A stretch of DNA of 64,000 nt, from sequence record PP496436.1; one strand, 5' to 3'. This document shows, in pieces, positions 1 through 9,627 of the stretch (its first letter is position 1; every line of letters begins with the position of its first letter). A model generated the notes under the pieces. It saw only the letters and a list, made by a program, of their open reading frames with translations. It had not been told where the DNA came from and ran no database searches. Position numbers and translations under genes: made by a program.

Positions 1-598
1 TGTAAGCCGACGACTGCAGAGCGGTTTCGACGTACATCGATTGGCCCAAGCCGTTGACCGCGCCTTGCAAGCGGGACACCTCGAACGACTCGACCAGCGC
101 GCCGTAGAAGTACACACGAATGCGGAACGGGTTGTACGAAGCAGTCTGCTTGGTGATACGGTCAATGATCACCGAGATGTTCGACGACCATACACCTGGG
201 CTCGATGCGTAGATCAAACCAGCATCATCCGCAGTGAACGGATACGACTCTGGGTCGTCCAGGTCTTGGCTCGGAACGCGAACGTCCTGATCCGAAGTGG
301 AGACCGGGATGATCAAGCCGCCAGCCAGCGTCTGTGAACCGGCGCGGATTACCCACAGCTTGTTGGAAGCCTGAAGGAATGTCGCGGCGGAATACATGGC
401 CAGGTCGGCACCAATACGGATACTGGAGTTCTCCGTATAACTTTGAATCAGATCCTGCTCGGAAGTCGTCAACTTCGCTTCTTCCTGCGACCCTCGCGGG
501 GCACCTGGAAGTACGATTGCGCCGTAAACGCCCGGCGAACTCGCAACAGAAGTCGCGAGATTGATTTCCGAGAGGGTTACCTTTGCTGCACCACTCAT
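1..598 (-). CDS. Tail sheath protein, N-terminal part (runs off window start)
   Basis: Hand translation from ATG at 598: MSGAAKVTLSEINLATSVASSPGVYGAIVLPGAPRG...YSAATFLQASNKLWVIRA. Matches the sheath N-terminus pattern (V.v.EiD.s...G.vG.a.rGp...ffl.g..lwVvR). Absent from the ORF track because it is truncated. Confidence 0.75.
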   Translation of the reverse strand, partial: MSGAAKVTLSEINLATSVASSPGVYGAIVLPGAPRGSQEEAKLTTSEQDLIQSYTENSSIRIGADLAMYSAATFLQASNKLWVIRAGSQTLAGGLIIPVSTSDQDVRVPSQDLDDPESYPFTADDAGLIYASSPGVWSSNISVIIDRITKQTASYNPFRIRVYFYGALVESFEVSRLQGAVNGLGQSMYVETALQSSAY

Positions 599-619
599 AG
601 TGATTCCCTCGATGGAGTG

Positions 620-808
620 TTAAGCCTGAACTTGTTCAGTAACCTTGCCCGGCAACGGGTAGGTCAACTGATCACGATCCAGACGTTTCAGGACGCCGAG
701 CGGCGGCAGGGTAACGGAATCTTTTCCCTCTGGACCATAGGCCAGCTGGATGGGGTGCTTCGCCGTCGAATACAGATTGACGTAAACTTTTTCTTGATCA
801 GACATCAC
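620..808 (-). CDS. Small hypothetical virion-module protein
   Basis: 61-62 aa ORF, co-oriented, directly upstream of the sheath gene; SD GGAG before ATG. Confidence 0.6.
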   Translation of the reverse strand: MMSDQEKVYVNLYSTAKHPIQLAYGPEGKDSVTLPPLGVLKRLDRDQLTYPLPGKVTEQVQA

Positions 809-823
809 ATCGTCTCCTAACCG

Positions 824-1510
824 TTATGGCGTCGGGGTCAGATCTATTTCCTTGCGGAACAGTACCTCGCCCTTACCGTTTTCACCTTCATCAAGCTGGG
901 CAACGAAGATAATCTTCGAGCTGTTCTTGAGCTTCGTGTCGTACTTGCCCCCATCACTGGAGACATAACCGTGGACAGTGATGTCTACGTTGAACACGAA
1001 CGCCGATACGTCCTGACCCGCCTTCGACTTGGGAGGCAATGTCAGGTCACCACCGACTTGAGACTCAATCGTGAACGGGATACCTCGGTACTCCAGCGTG
1101 AAATCCAGCAGGCTTAAATGCTGCATGAACTTCGCGTCACTGATGAACTTTAGCGCCTTCAGGTAATCGTCGGTAGCGAACTCCAGAACCATACCCATTG
1201 TAACCGGGATGATACTGATTGCGTACTCTCGATCCCCCTCGTTGATGGCAAAGCGATTAACAATCCCTCGCGCTGTCACATTGGGGCGGTGTCGATTGGA
1301 ATCACCTACGGTGCCGTAAGTCAGATAAGCGAAAGGGAACGTGGGTGCCTTTTCCCTTTTCTGAACGAACACATCGTAAGCTTCTTCCCGCGTTCGAATC
1401 ATGACGCTGCCTTTAGCTAGGTCCAGCCCTTCTTCGACACGACGGCATACACCCGCCAAGACGAACACCTCGATGGGCTTGATCCTTGTACTTGCTGAAG
1501 ACTTAGCCAT
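824..1510 (-). CDS. Putative neck/tail-completion structural protein
   Basis: 228 aa, SD GAGG; lies between major capsid and sheath genes. Function inferred from position. Confidence 0.5.
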   Translation of the reverse strand: MAKSSASTRIKPIEVFVLAGVCRRVEEGLDLAKGSVMIRTREEAYDVFVQKREKAPTFPFAYLTYGTVGDSNRHRPNVTARGIVNRFAINEGDREYAISIIPVTMGMVLEFATDDYLKALKFISDAKFMQHLSLLDFTLEYRGIPFTIESQVGGDLTLPPKSKAGQDVSAFVFNVDITVHGYVSSDGGKYDTKLKNSSKIIFVAQLDEGENGKGEVLFRKEIDLTPTP

Positions 1511-1521
1511 TTTCTACCTCG

Positions 1522-1558
1522 AAAAAAGGGTGGGTGGGCGGTAACACCCACCCACCCT
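1522..1558 (-). terminator. Rho-independent terminator after major capsid gene
   Basis: Minus strand AGGGTGGGTGGGTG-TTAC-CGCCCACCCACCC followed by a T-run. Confidence 0.85.
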
Positions 1559-1579
1559 ATATCACCTGACGTGCTGTGG

Positions 1580-2668
1580 TTACTGGCGGATAGCCTTGGT
1601 CACAGTGCGAGAGTTGATGATGGACATCGCGGTCAGCTGGCTCATGGTCCAACCACGACCTGGGAAGCGCTCGGTGGTCTCGTCGATAGGGCGAGCCTCG
1701 ATGCCATCACGGTCGGAGTACACACCATGGTTCTCTGGCGAGGAAACCACGTACATCTCGCCACGGCCCAGCACCTTGTGCTGCGAATGACGGAACTGGT
1801 CAGTGATCACTTCCAGGCCGTACACGTTGCCGATGTTGCCGGTTTGAATCAGCTCTTCGGCGTACGAGGTGGCGTTGAAAGTGTTGACCCAGCTTTCTTC
1901 GCTGATGATGTCGGTCAGGATGTCCGACGAGATCAACCAGAATGCCGCTGGCAGTCCCCACTGGGTGATGTTACTCACCATGTTGGCCAGAGCGCGGGTG
2001 GTCACTTGACCGGCGAGGATGGTCTGCTCGTTGGCTACGCCGACCGACGCATCGGCCAGACGTTTCCACAGGCGGTCTTCCGCAACCATGAACGCTTCCA
2101 GCGTGGAGATGTACGTACGGTCGAGCAGAGTGGCCGGGCCGCGAGCCAGGTCTTTCTGTTCGATGTACGGACGCGCCTGGAGGTAAAACTCTTGCGGGTA
2201 GTACACGTTGTCGCGAACCAGGTGGGTCGCAACTTGGGCAGGACCAGTCGAGAGGACCGCGACGGACTGCTTCATGTCCACGGTGACTTTCGGCTCTTGG
2301 CCTTGTTCCAGTTCCATGCGTTGCAGCAGACGACGTGCGAAGCCGTCACGGTTGCCGGTCACTTGCATCTCGGCGGCGAACACTTCGCCCAGTGCAACCA
2401 GCTCTTCCTTGCTGGCGAATGCGGCTTCAACCATCTCGCGCTTGCGAGCGGCAGCAGCCGAAGCAGTTTCAACCTGCTTCTCGGTGGTCAGCTGGTGACC
2501 ACTCTTGGCCGCAGCTGCGAGGGTCTGGAGCATGCCGAAAAGTTCTTTGTTCGAACTGGCGTTGAACTCGCCGTTCTGGCCAACCAGCTTACCGCCGCCT
2601 GCCATGGACAGTTCGGTGATGATGCTCGGACGGCTGACGGACAGCCCTTTAAGTTGCAATGCTTTCAT
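1580..2668 (-). CDS. Major capsid protein (HK97-fold, jumbo phage type)
   Basis: 362 aa; N-terminal arm, E-loop-like 'RRLLQRMELEQGQEPKV', and 'GNIGNVYGLEVITD' P-domain pattern; followed by a strong terminator; downstream of scaffold and decoration genes. Confidence 0.75.
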   Translation of the reverse strand: MKALQLKGLSVSRPSIITELSMAGGGKLVGQNGEFNASSNKELFGMLQTLAAAAKSGHQLTTEKQVETASAAAARKREMVEAAFASKEELVALGEVFAAEMQVTGNRDGFARRLLQRMELEQGQEPKVTVDMKQSVAVLSTGPAQVATHLVRDNVYYPQEFYLQARPYIEQKDLARGPATLLDRTYISTLEAFMVAEDRLWKRLADASVGVANEQTILAGQVTTRALANMVSNITQWGLPAAFWLISSDILTDIISEESWVNTFNATSYAEELIQTGNIGNVYGLEVITDQFRHSQHKVLGRGEMYVVSSPENHGVYSDRDGIEARPIDETTERFPGRGWTMSQLTAMSIINSRTVTKAIRQ

Positions 2669-2731
2669 GAGGTTTTAATCCTGTGCAGGAAAATCAGAAG
2701 ACCTTGTCTGTATTGATAAGGCTAACTAGCC

Positions 2732-3439
2732 TTACAGCAGGACCAGTTTCAGGAACGGATAGCCTTCATCCGGGCCTTTCAGAACAGCGACGCCTTGCAG
2801 CACGGTGCCGTTGCCACCGCTGGTGAACAGGCCGTTCGCGCCGAGGGTGACCACGGTCTCAGGGGACCAGTCAACGTTGGTGTCGAATTCGGAAGTCGCC
2901 AGCTCGCCTTTGGTGATGGCGGTGGTAATACCGAGGAAAGCAGCGGCGGTACGACCGGCAGACTGTTCGCCTTGCAGCGAGGCAGCTTCTACGACGGTCG
3001 GGGTGTAGCGATAGCCAGCCTGAATCGCTTGGTCTTTCTGTGCAGCGTTCAGCGTGACGGTCTTGCCGTCCGACCCGAGGCTGAACTTGCCAGCGGTGGC
3101 AGCATCACCAGCGGCCAGCGTGGTCTTCTGACCGTTGGCGGCGGTAGCTACCAGACGCAGCGAACCGGCGTCGGCGACAGCCTTGTCCAGCACCAGAGTA
3201 GTGCTGTTACGGTTGGCTTCGAAACCTTGCAGCTTCGGCAGGAAGTCCGGGAACTGGGTCTGGTTGATGTTGATGCCGAAGAAGCGCTCACCGGCAACAC
3301 CAGTGGAGGGCTTGACTGCCAACTCACCGTCAGCGCCGGTAGTGATAACCAGAGCGCAACCTTCGTTGGTCAATTCGATCCCTTCCGCCACTTGGACAGG
3401 TTGGGATTCGCGCAGATGAACGACGTCGAAACTGAGCAT
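2732..3439 (-). CDS. Putative head decoration/auxiliary capsid protein
   Basis: 235 aa, Ala/Gly/Thr-rich, SD GAGGA, immediately upstream of the MCP gene. Confidence 0.55.
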   Translation of the reverse strand: MLSFDVVHLRESQPVQVAEGIELTNEGCALVITTGADGELAVKPSTGVAGERFFGININQTQFPDFLPKLQGFEANRNSTTLVLDKAVADAGSLRLVATAANGQKTTLAAGDAATAGKFSLGSDGKTVTLNAAQKDQAIQAGYRYTPTVVEAASLQGEQSAGRTAAAFLGITTAITKGELATSEFDTNVDWSPETVVTLGANGLFTSGGNGTVLQGVAVLKGPDEGYPFLKLVLL

Positions 3440-3500
3440 GGTACGTTCCTCAAAGGAAGGATAGATAAAAACGGATGACTGTCTCGGGTTGACTCAACCC

Positions 3501-5030
3501 TTAACTGATGCGGAACAGTCCGCCTTGAGCGAGTTCACGCACACGCGAGTTGCCCTTCTGAACAGGTTCATTCAGGAAGGATGCGGTGCTTACCTGGCGC
3601 AACGGGGTCTCGAGTTGGGTTTCCAGCTGCGCAGTAGAAGCCTGACGGCCAGTGCTGCGAGTCGAGGAGCCTACCGGAGTAGTGGACGCGATGGTTTCCG
3701 CCAGATCATTCAGGCTGCTCGGATCACGGGCTGCCAGTGTCTGAGCCAGCGCGAGGACGTTTTGGTTATGCTCGTCTTCGGTTTCGGCCAAAGCGCTCTC
3801 AACCATGGCTTGCGCGTTCTGTACACCGGCGGTGGTCAGATCGGCAATCAGGCGTTCCTTCACTTTGTGTGGGGTGTTGCGGAAGAACCCACGGGTCATA
3901 CCAGCTGTCGCCAGCTGAAGGCCATGCAGCAGTCGTTCGGTCTGATCGCCAACGGTGTCGGCGACTTCGGCGGCAGCGACAGCCTTAGCCTTTTCTTGCA
4001 CGAATGCCATCGCCATCGCGGCAGGGGCCTTGAAGCTGTTACGCTGGAAGCCGTAGCTAGCCAGAGTTGCGTCCAAGCCGTCCTTGTTGAACGTCTGGGC
4101 GATTGCTTCCATGTAAGCTGGCTCGCCGAAGATATCGGCGTTGGCGGTTTCTGCGGTTTTGTGCAGGACAGCCACGGTCTGATCGTTGACGTTAGCCAAG
4201 ATCTTGCCGTTCAGCGGGATGAATTCAGCAGTCGCGTTTTCACTCAGGCCAACCGAGGACAGCGCTTCGAGAACGTCGATGTTCATATCTTCGGGCTCGT
4301 CACATTGGTCGGGGTTCTGCGTGGACTGGATGACTTCGGCTTCTTCAACCGGTTCGTCGTCCGACTCCTCTTCTTCCTCGTCGTCAGCTTCGGCGGACGC
4401 AACCACCGGCTTCTGCTTCGGCATGATGATCATCGGATTGTCCTCGGCGGAAGCTTCTTCCTCCAAGTCCTCGTCAGATTCATTCGATTCGTCGTCTTCC
4501 AGTTCTTCGTCGTCGGCGCTGGTGTCGTCATCGCTTAGATCCGAATCGTCTTCCGACTCTTCTTCATCATCGGCGCTGGCTTCTTCGGCGGGTTGATCGC
4601 CGTCCCATGCCCAATCGGCGTTCGCATCTTCTTCGTCGGTGGCAGTGGTATCATCATCTGCACCAGCGAGAGTTACGTTGGGGTTCAGTACCATCCCCGT
4701 ACCACATTCAACACAGCAGATCTCTACGTGGCCTTCTTTGTTCACTGGCATTTGCGCCAGCTCTTCATCGAACATCACGTTAGCCACGGTGCACTGACGG
4801 CACTGCGCGCTGGTAAGGCTATCTTCTTCCGACTGGTTAAAGACGGAAGCAGTGATTGCCTCAGCACGCTGTTTCATGGCTGGACTGCCGCAGTGACCGC
4901 AGAACGGATCGCACCCCGCCAACGCTACCGTTTCCTCTTTGCAGTGACCGCACTGGTATGAAGCCAGTACAGCCTGCTTGAGGCTACGCATGGTTGGGGC
5001 GTGAGAAGCGATCATGGTGAGCTTCGGCAT
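3501..5030 (-). CDS. Putative prohead scaffold/core protein with Zn-ribbons and acidic linker
   Basis: Start MPKLTM at 5030 with SD GAGGAG; four CxxC pairs, long D/E tract, helical C-terminus; precedes decoration and MCP genes. Confidence 0.55.
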   Translation of the reverse strand: MPKLTMIASHAPTMRSLKQAVLASYQCGHCKEETVALAGCDPFCGHCGSPAMKQRAEAITASVFNQSEEDSLTSAQCRQCTVANVMFDEELAQMPVNKEGHVEICCVECGTGMVLNPNVTLAGADDDTTATDEEDANADWAWDGDQPAEEASADDEEESEDDSDLSDDDTSADDEELEDDESNESDEDLEEEASAEDNPMIIMPKQKPVVASAEADDEEEEESDDEPVEEAEVIQSTQNPDQCDEPEDMNIDVLEALSSVGLSENATAEFIPLNGKILANVNDQTVAVLHKTAETANADIFGEPAYMEAIAQTFNKDGLDATLASYGFQRNSFKAPAAMAMAFVQEKAKAVAAAEVADTVGDQTERLLHGLQLATAGMTRGFFRNTPHKVKERLIADLTTAGVQNAQAMVESALAETEDEHNQNVLALAQTLAARDPSSLNDLAETIASTTPVGSSTRSTGRQASTAQLETQLETPLRQVSTASFLNEPVQKGNSRVRELAQGGLFRIS

Positions 5031-5357
5031 GCGAAGTGCTCCTCTTGCTGTCAATGGGCTGCTACACACTATAAGCATGAGCAGATCTTCGAGCAGGCCA
5101 CCTCTACGGCCCCTGCTACGGTAAACTCGGATTCACCCCTCCACGCGTATATAACGTTTTGGGAACAATTCAAATTACATACGACCAGAGTGCCATGGTG
5201 TCCATACCTGCGTCAAAACGCCCGTTTGCCATCATGTCGGGATATGCCCAGCCATATGGGTGCTAAGTCATTGATTACCTTGACAATTTATTAGGGGGTA
5301 TGTGGCCCCCTAATTCATGGAAATTAAGGTATTTTGGCTATATCTGCGTCAAAGTGC

Positions 5358-5386
5358 TTGACAAACGCTGCCAGGCACCGTATACT
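5358..5386 (+). promoter_or_regulatory. Sigma70-type promoter
   Basis: TTGACA (5358-5363), 17 bp spacer, TATACT (5381-5386). Confidence 0.85.
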
Positions 5387-5449
5387 GCACGGGCGGGCTA
5401 CTATTCCAGCCCGCTACGTCCATGCCCACCGGGGCACCAAGGAACCAAC

Positions 5450-5926
5450 ATGAAGAGTATGATTCGCCGCAAAGATGGGTTTTACACGGAGTTGTTAGCC
5501 GGTGCAAAAGACCCTGTTGCCCTGTCCAAGACTGCATTCAACCGTGGACTGACCCGGATCGTTGCATCTATTACGAGCAGTGTTAAGCTGCGGTACGTAG
5601 TAGATTCCGAAACCGGTGATGCGGAATACCGGGTGAGAGTGAAGTTTCAGAAAAGCCAGTTGACCCGCAAGGGTACTCCGGCTATCAAGGTGGGACGGGT
5701 ACTGGTTCCTGTTGATCTCGATAGCATTGCAGTACATTGCACGTGTCAGGACTTTCGATTCACCTGGTACACCTATTTGAAGAACGCTGGGCACGCTGCC
5801 GGTTGGTTCAAGCAGGTGGAGTTGAAAGGTTCTGGCCGTACTCGGGAAGCTGACCACGCAGGTTGCTGCAAGCACATCGCCGGTGTACTGGCAATGGTTG
5901 AGCAGAACGTTATCGTCAAGCTGTGA
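5450..5926 (+). CDS. SWIM zinc-finger domain protein
   Basis: 158 aa from ATG 5450 (SD AAGGA); 'VHCTCQDF...GCCKHIAGVL' = CxC...CxH SWIM signature. Confidence 0.7.
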   Translation: MKSMIRRKDGFYTELLAGAKDPVALSKTAFNRGLTRIVASITSSVKLRYVVDSETGDAEYRVRVKFQKSQLTRKGTPAIKVGRVLVPVDLDSIAVHCTCQDFRFTWYTYLKNAGHAAGWFKQVELKGSGRTREADHAGCCKHIAGVLAMVEQNVIVKL

Positions 5927-5956
5927 CCCAGATGCAGTGAGTAGTACATGATAGAG

Positions 5957-5996
5957 AAAATAAAACCCCACCGGTTCGCGCCGTGTGGGGTTTTTT
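5957..5996. terminator. Bidirectional intrinsic terminator between convergent genes
   Basis: AAAATAAAACCCCAC...GTGGGGTTTTTT, hairpin flanked by A-run and T-run. Confidence 0.8.
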
Positions 5997-6013
5997 GTGT
6001 CTGCGATTCAATC

Positions 6014-8800
6014 TTAGGCAAAGTCTTTCTGTGCCAGCACCAGTGGAACGCCGACAGTATCCAGTGCTATCTGGGTGAACTCCTTCAATTCTGATCTGGT
6101 CAGCTTCCGGCTCAGCATCACCCCATCGTGCTCTTGTGCCACCACGATGTCTTTGTGTCGCATGTTGAACTCTATCATCACCGCTTGCTCCATACCGCAG
6201 GTGATGAAGTGCAGCAGCTTCGACTTCTCCTTTTGTGTCGTCCATCCATTCAGCAGCTTGTCCGTATAGAAGAATGCAACTGACCCTAGAGCATTGCGTA
6301 CGCTCACTGCGCTGGCCGTCGCGTTGTCTGGATCAAGTCCAGCATCCTTGATTGATCTGGACAGCGACTTGTACAGGAAGTAGTTCTGCTTGGCGATCAG
6401 GTCTCGATTGACCGGCAGCTTGACGTGTTCAGTTACCTTGTAGTAAGGGTGCGCAAGGATCATGCTGGGCAATGCCTGCATCGTCCTTATCACAGGAAAG
6501 ATCAACCGGTTGGTGGTGTAGATCAAAGCTATTGCCAGCTCCATCATCTTAATCTTGAGGGCTTGCACGTGGCTCTCGTTCAACTCCAGTTCAATCGGCG
6601 CAACAAGACCACGGATCAGTTTGTCGATGGTGTCGGGCACCACGGAAGATTTCAGGATGGACTCATGCGATGTCTTGAGGCTAGACCCGTACATGACGGA
6701 CAGGAACATCAGCTTGCAGACTCCGTCGATAACCTGGATGAACTCCTTCTCCTTGCGCCACGTCTGGCCGGGCGTTTCCCCTGCGCTTTTCCATACCTGA
6801 TGCAGCGCTAGTCGGTCATTCCATCTTGACTCGCTTCCAGACCACTTCGGTGCACCGTATACCCCAGCTCTCCATGGGTTCCGTACCATGACCAGCGCCG
6901 ACTCCAGCAGGCCTTTGAACCCGGAGTCCTCCATCTCAGTCAGCACATGATCCGTCCACGTCTTGGATTCGTACATTCCGAAGATGGTCAACGCGCTATC
7001 CACATCCCGGTCCGTGAGGAACACCTTGCCGTACTCGTCTATCGTCTCGACCAGTTCCTTGTGATATTTCTTGACCAGTCCGCCGATCAGCATCGGGTGG
7101 CAAGACTTGACGTCGTAGTTGACGTACCCACTCTTGGTGAGGATCACCTGCTTGAGTTGATTGGGCAGCGAACCGAAACCCACTGGAGAGTTTATCCGGG
7201 GCGAGCGCAAGGTGGTGAAGTGATGTGCACGGTGCATGACTATCTGGTTGTGGCGGTCGCTGCTCCCTTGCTGGCACCCCAAGTTCTCCGGATTGATCAT
7301 GCGGGCCAACGTGCGGAAGGCACCGGAGGATATGGCGTCACCCGAGGTGTGGTGCATCCAGCTCAGTTCCGCCAGCAGGTCGTTGACGGGTAAGCGTACA
7401 CTCTTGGTGGACAGCATGCGGATGTAGGCCTTTACGTTGACCGGTACAACTGGCCGGGTCGAAAGGTTTATGTTGTCACTGATCTCCTTGTACGTCGGGT
7501 TGTTCACCACACAAGACTGAACCATTGAGACTCGGCGCATCATCGTGCACGCCTTGATCGGCACCTTCTTGTCGTGGAACATGTATAGCTTGCCCGGCTG
7601 GCCGGTGAGGTTGTCGTTCGCCACCAGAGACTCGCCGTAGGGCAGCTGAGAACTGAATACCATTACGGCCTGCCCACGCTCGGCGAACGCATAGATCGCA
7701 TTGGGCAGTACCCGGTTGCTACCCTTCAGATTGGTCAGCCAGCGGCCCAACGGTTTCACGTCACGAGGCCGACCCATCAACCGCCCATGTAGGTAGGCGT
7801 CAACCTTATCCATGTACGAGTCAACGAACTGGGTGACCACGGGACCGGGTTCGAACGTGAACGTCTTGTGCTTCCAGTAGTCTGCCTCCGTGGTCACGGC
7901 CATCAGCCCCATGATCTCCAGCACAGCGCGCACGGTGTCCCAGTGATAAGACGTCTGACCCTTCTTCGATCCTTCGATGTTCCGCCAGTTGATCAGGTTG
8001 TTGAACCTCTTTTCACCTTGATGCGAGCCGAGCCCGTAGCCTTCCTTGACCTGATCCTTCTTGATCGCGAACTGGGTATCGTGGCTGTGATCCAGATCAA
8101 CATGCAGGAACCGGGATACAGACCGAGCATGGTTCAGTTCCATGGGGAACGCCAGCTTGTTGGTCAGGTCCTTGGGGTTGAACGCAGGGTTCCATTGAAA
8201 GCCGTCCTTCGAGGTTCCCTTGTGCACGGCGGACACCAGATGTCGGGCCATTGAGTCGCGGGAGTCGAAGTGGCCTTTGTCGTTCACCTTATCCAGCAGC
8301 ATGGGGTACGCCACGACAAGGCGAGCGATCAGGAAGGCAAAGCAGTAGGCAGCAGACGGGCCGGGCGCACAGTTGCGCTCCGCCATCTTCTGGAGGAATG
8401 TCTCGTACTGATCAAGGATGAAGTAGCCCAGACCGGGCGTGACGGCGACCGGCAGGCCAACGACGCGGCTGTCCAGCCAGCTCTTGCCACTGGGGTACAG
8501 GTTGTGCTTGGGATTCAGCGAAGGTTCAACCACCATCATCCGCACGTAGGGCACATGGGCCTGAACCCATTCAACGTTGGATTGGTCTTTGGCTTCGGGG
8601 AAGTCACGGGTAGCTTCACCCACCTTGGCGATGAGATCAGTATTGAACCGCCCTACATCCTTGACCTCGGGGGCCAGCGTAGGGTTCAACCGGGCGGTAG
8701 CCTTGATGATGGGTACTTGGTCATACACTGGATACAAGTCTAGGGGCTTGGACAGTATGCCTGCATATTCCTTTTCCGAGAGTGGGGTGTAATCAGCCAT
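6014..8800 (-). CDS. Large protein with C-terminal family-A-polymerase-like domain
   Basis: 928 aa; motif A-like 'YVNYDVKSCHPMLI', motif B-like 'KLMFLSVMYG', 'CGMEQAVM', motif C-like 'QEHDGVML'. No ExoI motif recognised. Confidence 0.5.
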   Translation of the reverse strand: MADYTPLSEKEYAGILSKPLDLYPVYDQVPIIKATARLNPTLAPEVKDVGRFNTDLIAKVGEATRDFPEAKDQSNVEWVQAHVPYVRMMVVEPSLNPKHNLYPSGKSWLDSRVVGLPVAVTPGLGYFILDQYETFLQKMAERNCAPGPSAAYCFAFLIARLVVAYPMLLDKVNDKGHFDSRDSMARHLVSAVHKGTSKDGFQWNPAFNPKDLTNKLAFPMELNHARSVSRFLHVDLDHSHDTQFAIKKDQVKEGYGLGSHQGEKRFNNLINWRNIEGSKKGQTSYHWDTVRAVLEIMGLMAVTTEADYWKHKTFTFEPGPVVTQFVDSYMDKVDAYLHGRLMGRPRDVKPLGRWLTNLKGSNRVLPNAIYAFAERGQAVMVFSSQLPYGESLVANDNLTGQPGKLYMFHDKKVPIKACTMMRRVSMVQSCVVNNPTYKEISDNINLSTRPVVPVNVKAYIRMLSTKSVRLPVNDLLAELSWMHHTSGDAISSGAFRTLARMINPENLGCQQGSSDRHNQIVMHRAHHFTTLRSPRINSPVGFGSLPNQLKQVILTKSGYVNYDVKSCHPMLIGGLVKKYHKELVETIDEYGKVFLTDRDVDSALTIFGMYESKTWTDHVLTEMEDSGFKGLLESALVMVRNPWRAGVYGAPKWSGSESRWNDRLALHQVWKSAGETPGQTWRKEKEFIQVIDGVCKLMFLSVMYGSSLKTSHESILKSSVVPDTIDKLIRGLVAPIELELNESHVQALKIKMMELAIALIYTTNRLIFPVIRTMQALPSMILAHPYYKVTEHVKLPVNRDLIAKQNYFLYKSLSRSIKDAGLDPDNATASAVSVRNALGSVAFFYTDKLLNGWTTQKEKSKLLHFITCGMEQAVMIEFNMRHKDIVVAQEHDGVMLSRKLTRSELKEFTQIALDTVGVPLVLAQKDFA

Positions 8801-9627
8801 TGGATAGCTCGCGTATTACCGGAGTGAATGGAATTGGACGTTATCAGCCCATTTACCAGACTATATACAGAGTATCTTATGGGGGTTAAAAAGGACCATC
8901 TTGCAATTATTTGGGTCATTAATTCCCTTTCATACCCTAAACCTCTATCTGTGAATACGGGGGTAGTTAGCCCTAGATACATCCCTATTACCTGTGTATA
9001 TTGCCCATGTAGACTCTATTCCCCTATCGGGAAGTATAACCTCGAAAAAGGTTCCTAGCTTGCATGGGCTGGCCCACCCACCCCCGTGGCCCACCCGACC
9101 GCCCGGTTAAGGCCATACCTAGGGATTCCTTTCTCCCAGAGGGACCCCCAGCCGCCCATCCTTCCCCTGCTCCTCCCTTTCCTTCATCATCTACACCCAC
9201 CCAGCTATTGACTTACCATCTAGTGATCCTCCTTCCTCCAGCTTCTACATAGGCAGTTAGTTTCCCCATGCCTCTAAGTCCCTACGCTTCATCATGCACT
9301 TATGCTCTGTAGTACTGATTCCCCCACATGCCCGTGACTTATGCTCTGGTGTCAGTATTCCCAGCCTCCCAGGTGAAAAGGGTGACCCGGCTTCCTGCTA
9401 TGGGTATGGGGTTGTCCGGGGAATAGCGCCCGTGAATAGGGCTTCCAGGCGTGCGATATGGGGAGTTTTTCGGGGATGGATGAGTCAGTATGGCGGGGAA
9501 TGGGGAATGTAGCGCCTGCGAGCTTGTAGGAGCCCGTGGTTATTGACTGGATATGCGGGACTGGGGCGGGGGTTTCCTGCGGAGGTGAAAAAGCCCGCAC
9601 GGCTTGGGACCGATACGGGCTCTGGTA
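8801..9627. other. Long non-coding region with C-rich to G-rich switch (candidate replication origin)
   Basis: No credible ORF; C-rich plus strand ~9060-9370, G-rich ~9380-9580; 12-bp direct repeat ACTTATGCTCTG at 9298 and 9337. Confidence 0.4.
9586..9622 (-). terminator. Intrinsic terminator ending the accessory gene block
   Basis: Minus strand GAGCCCGTAT...GTGCGGGCTTTTTCACC. Confidence 0.65.

Noticed and set aside
4350-4660. Repetitive GAC/GAA triplet runs resembling a tandem repeat or array
   Set aside because: They encode the acidic tract of the scaffold-like protein; no fixed repeat unit or spacers.
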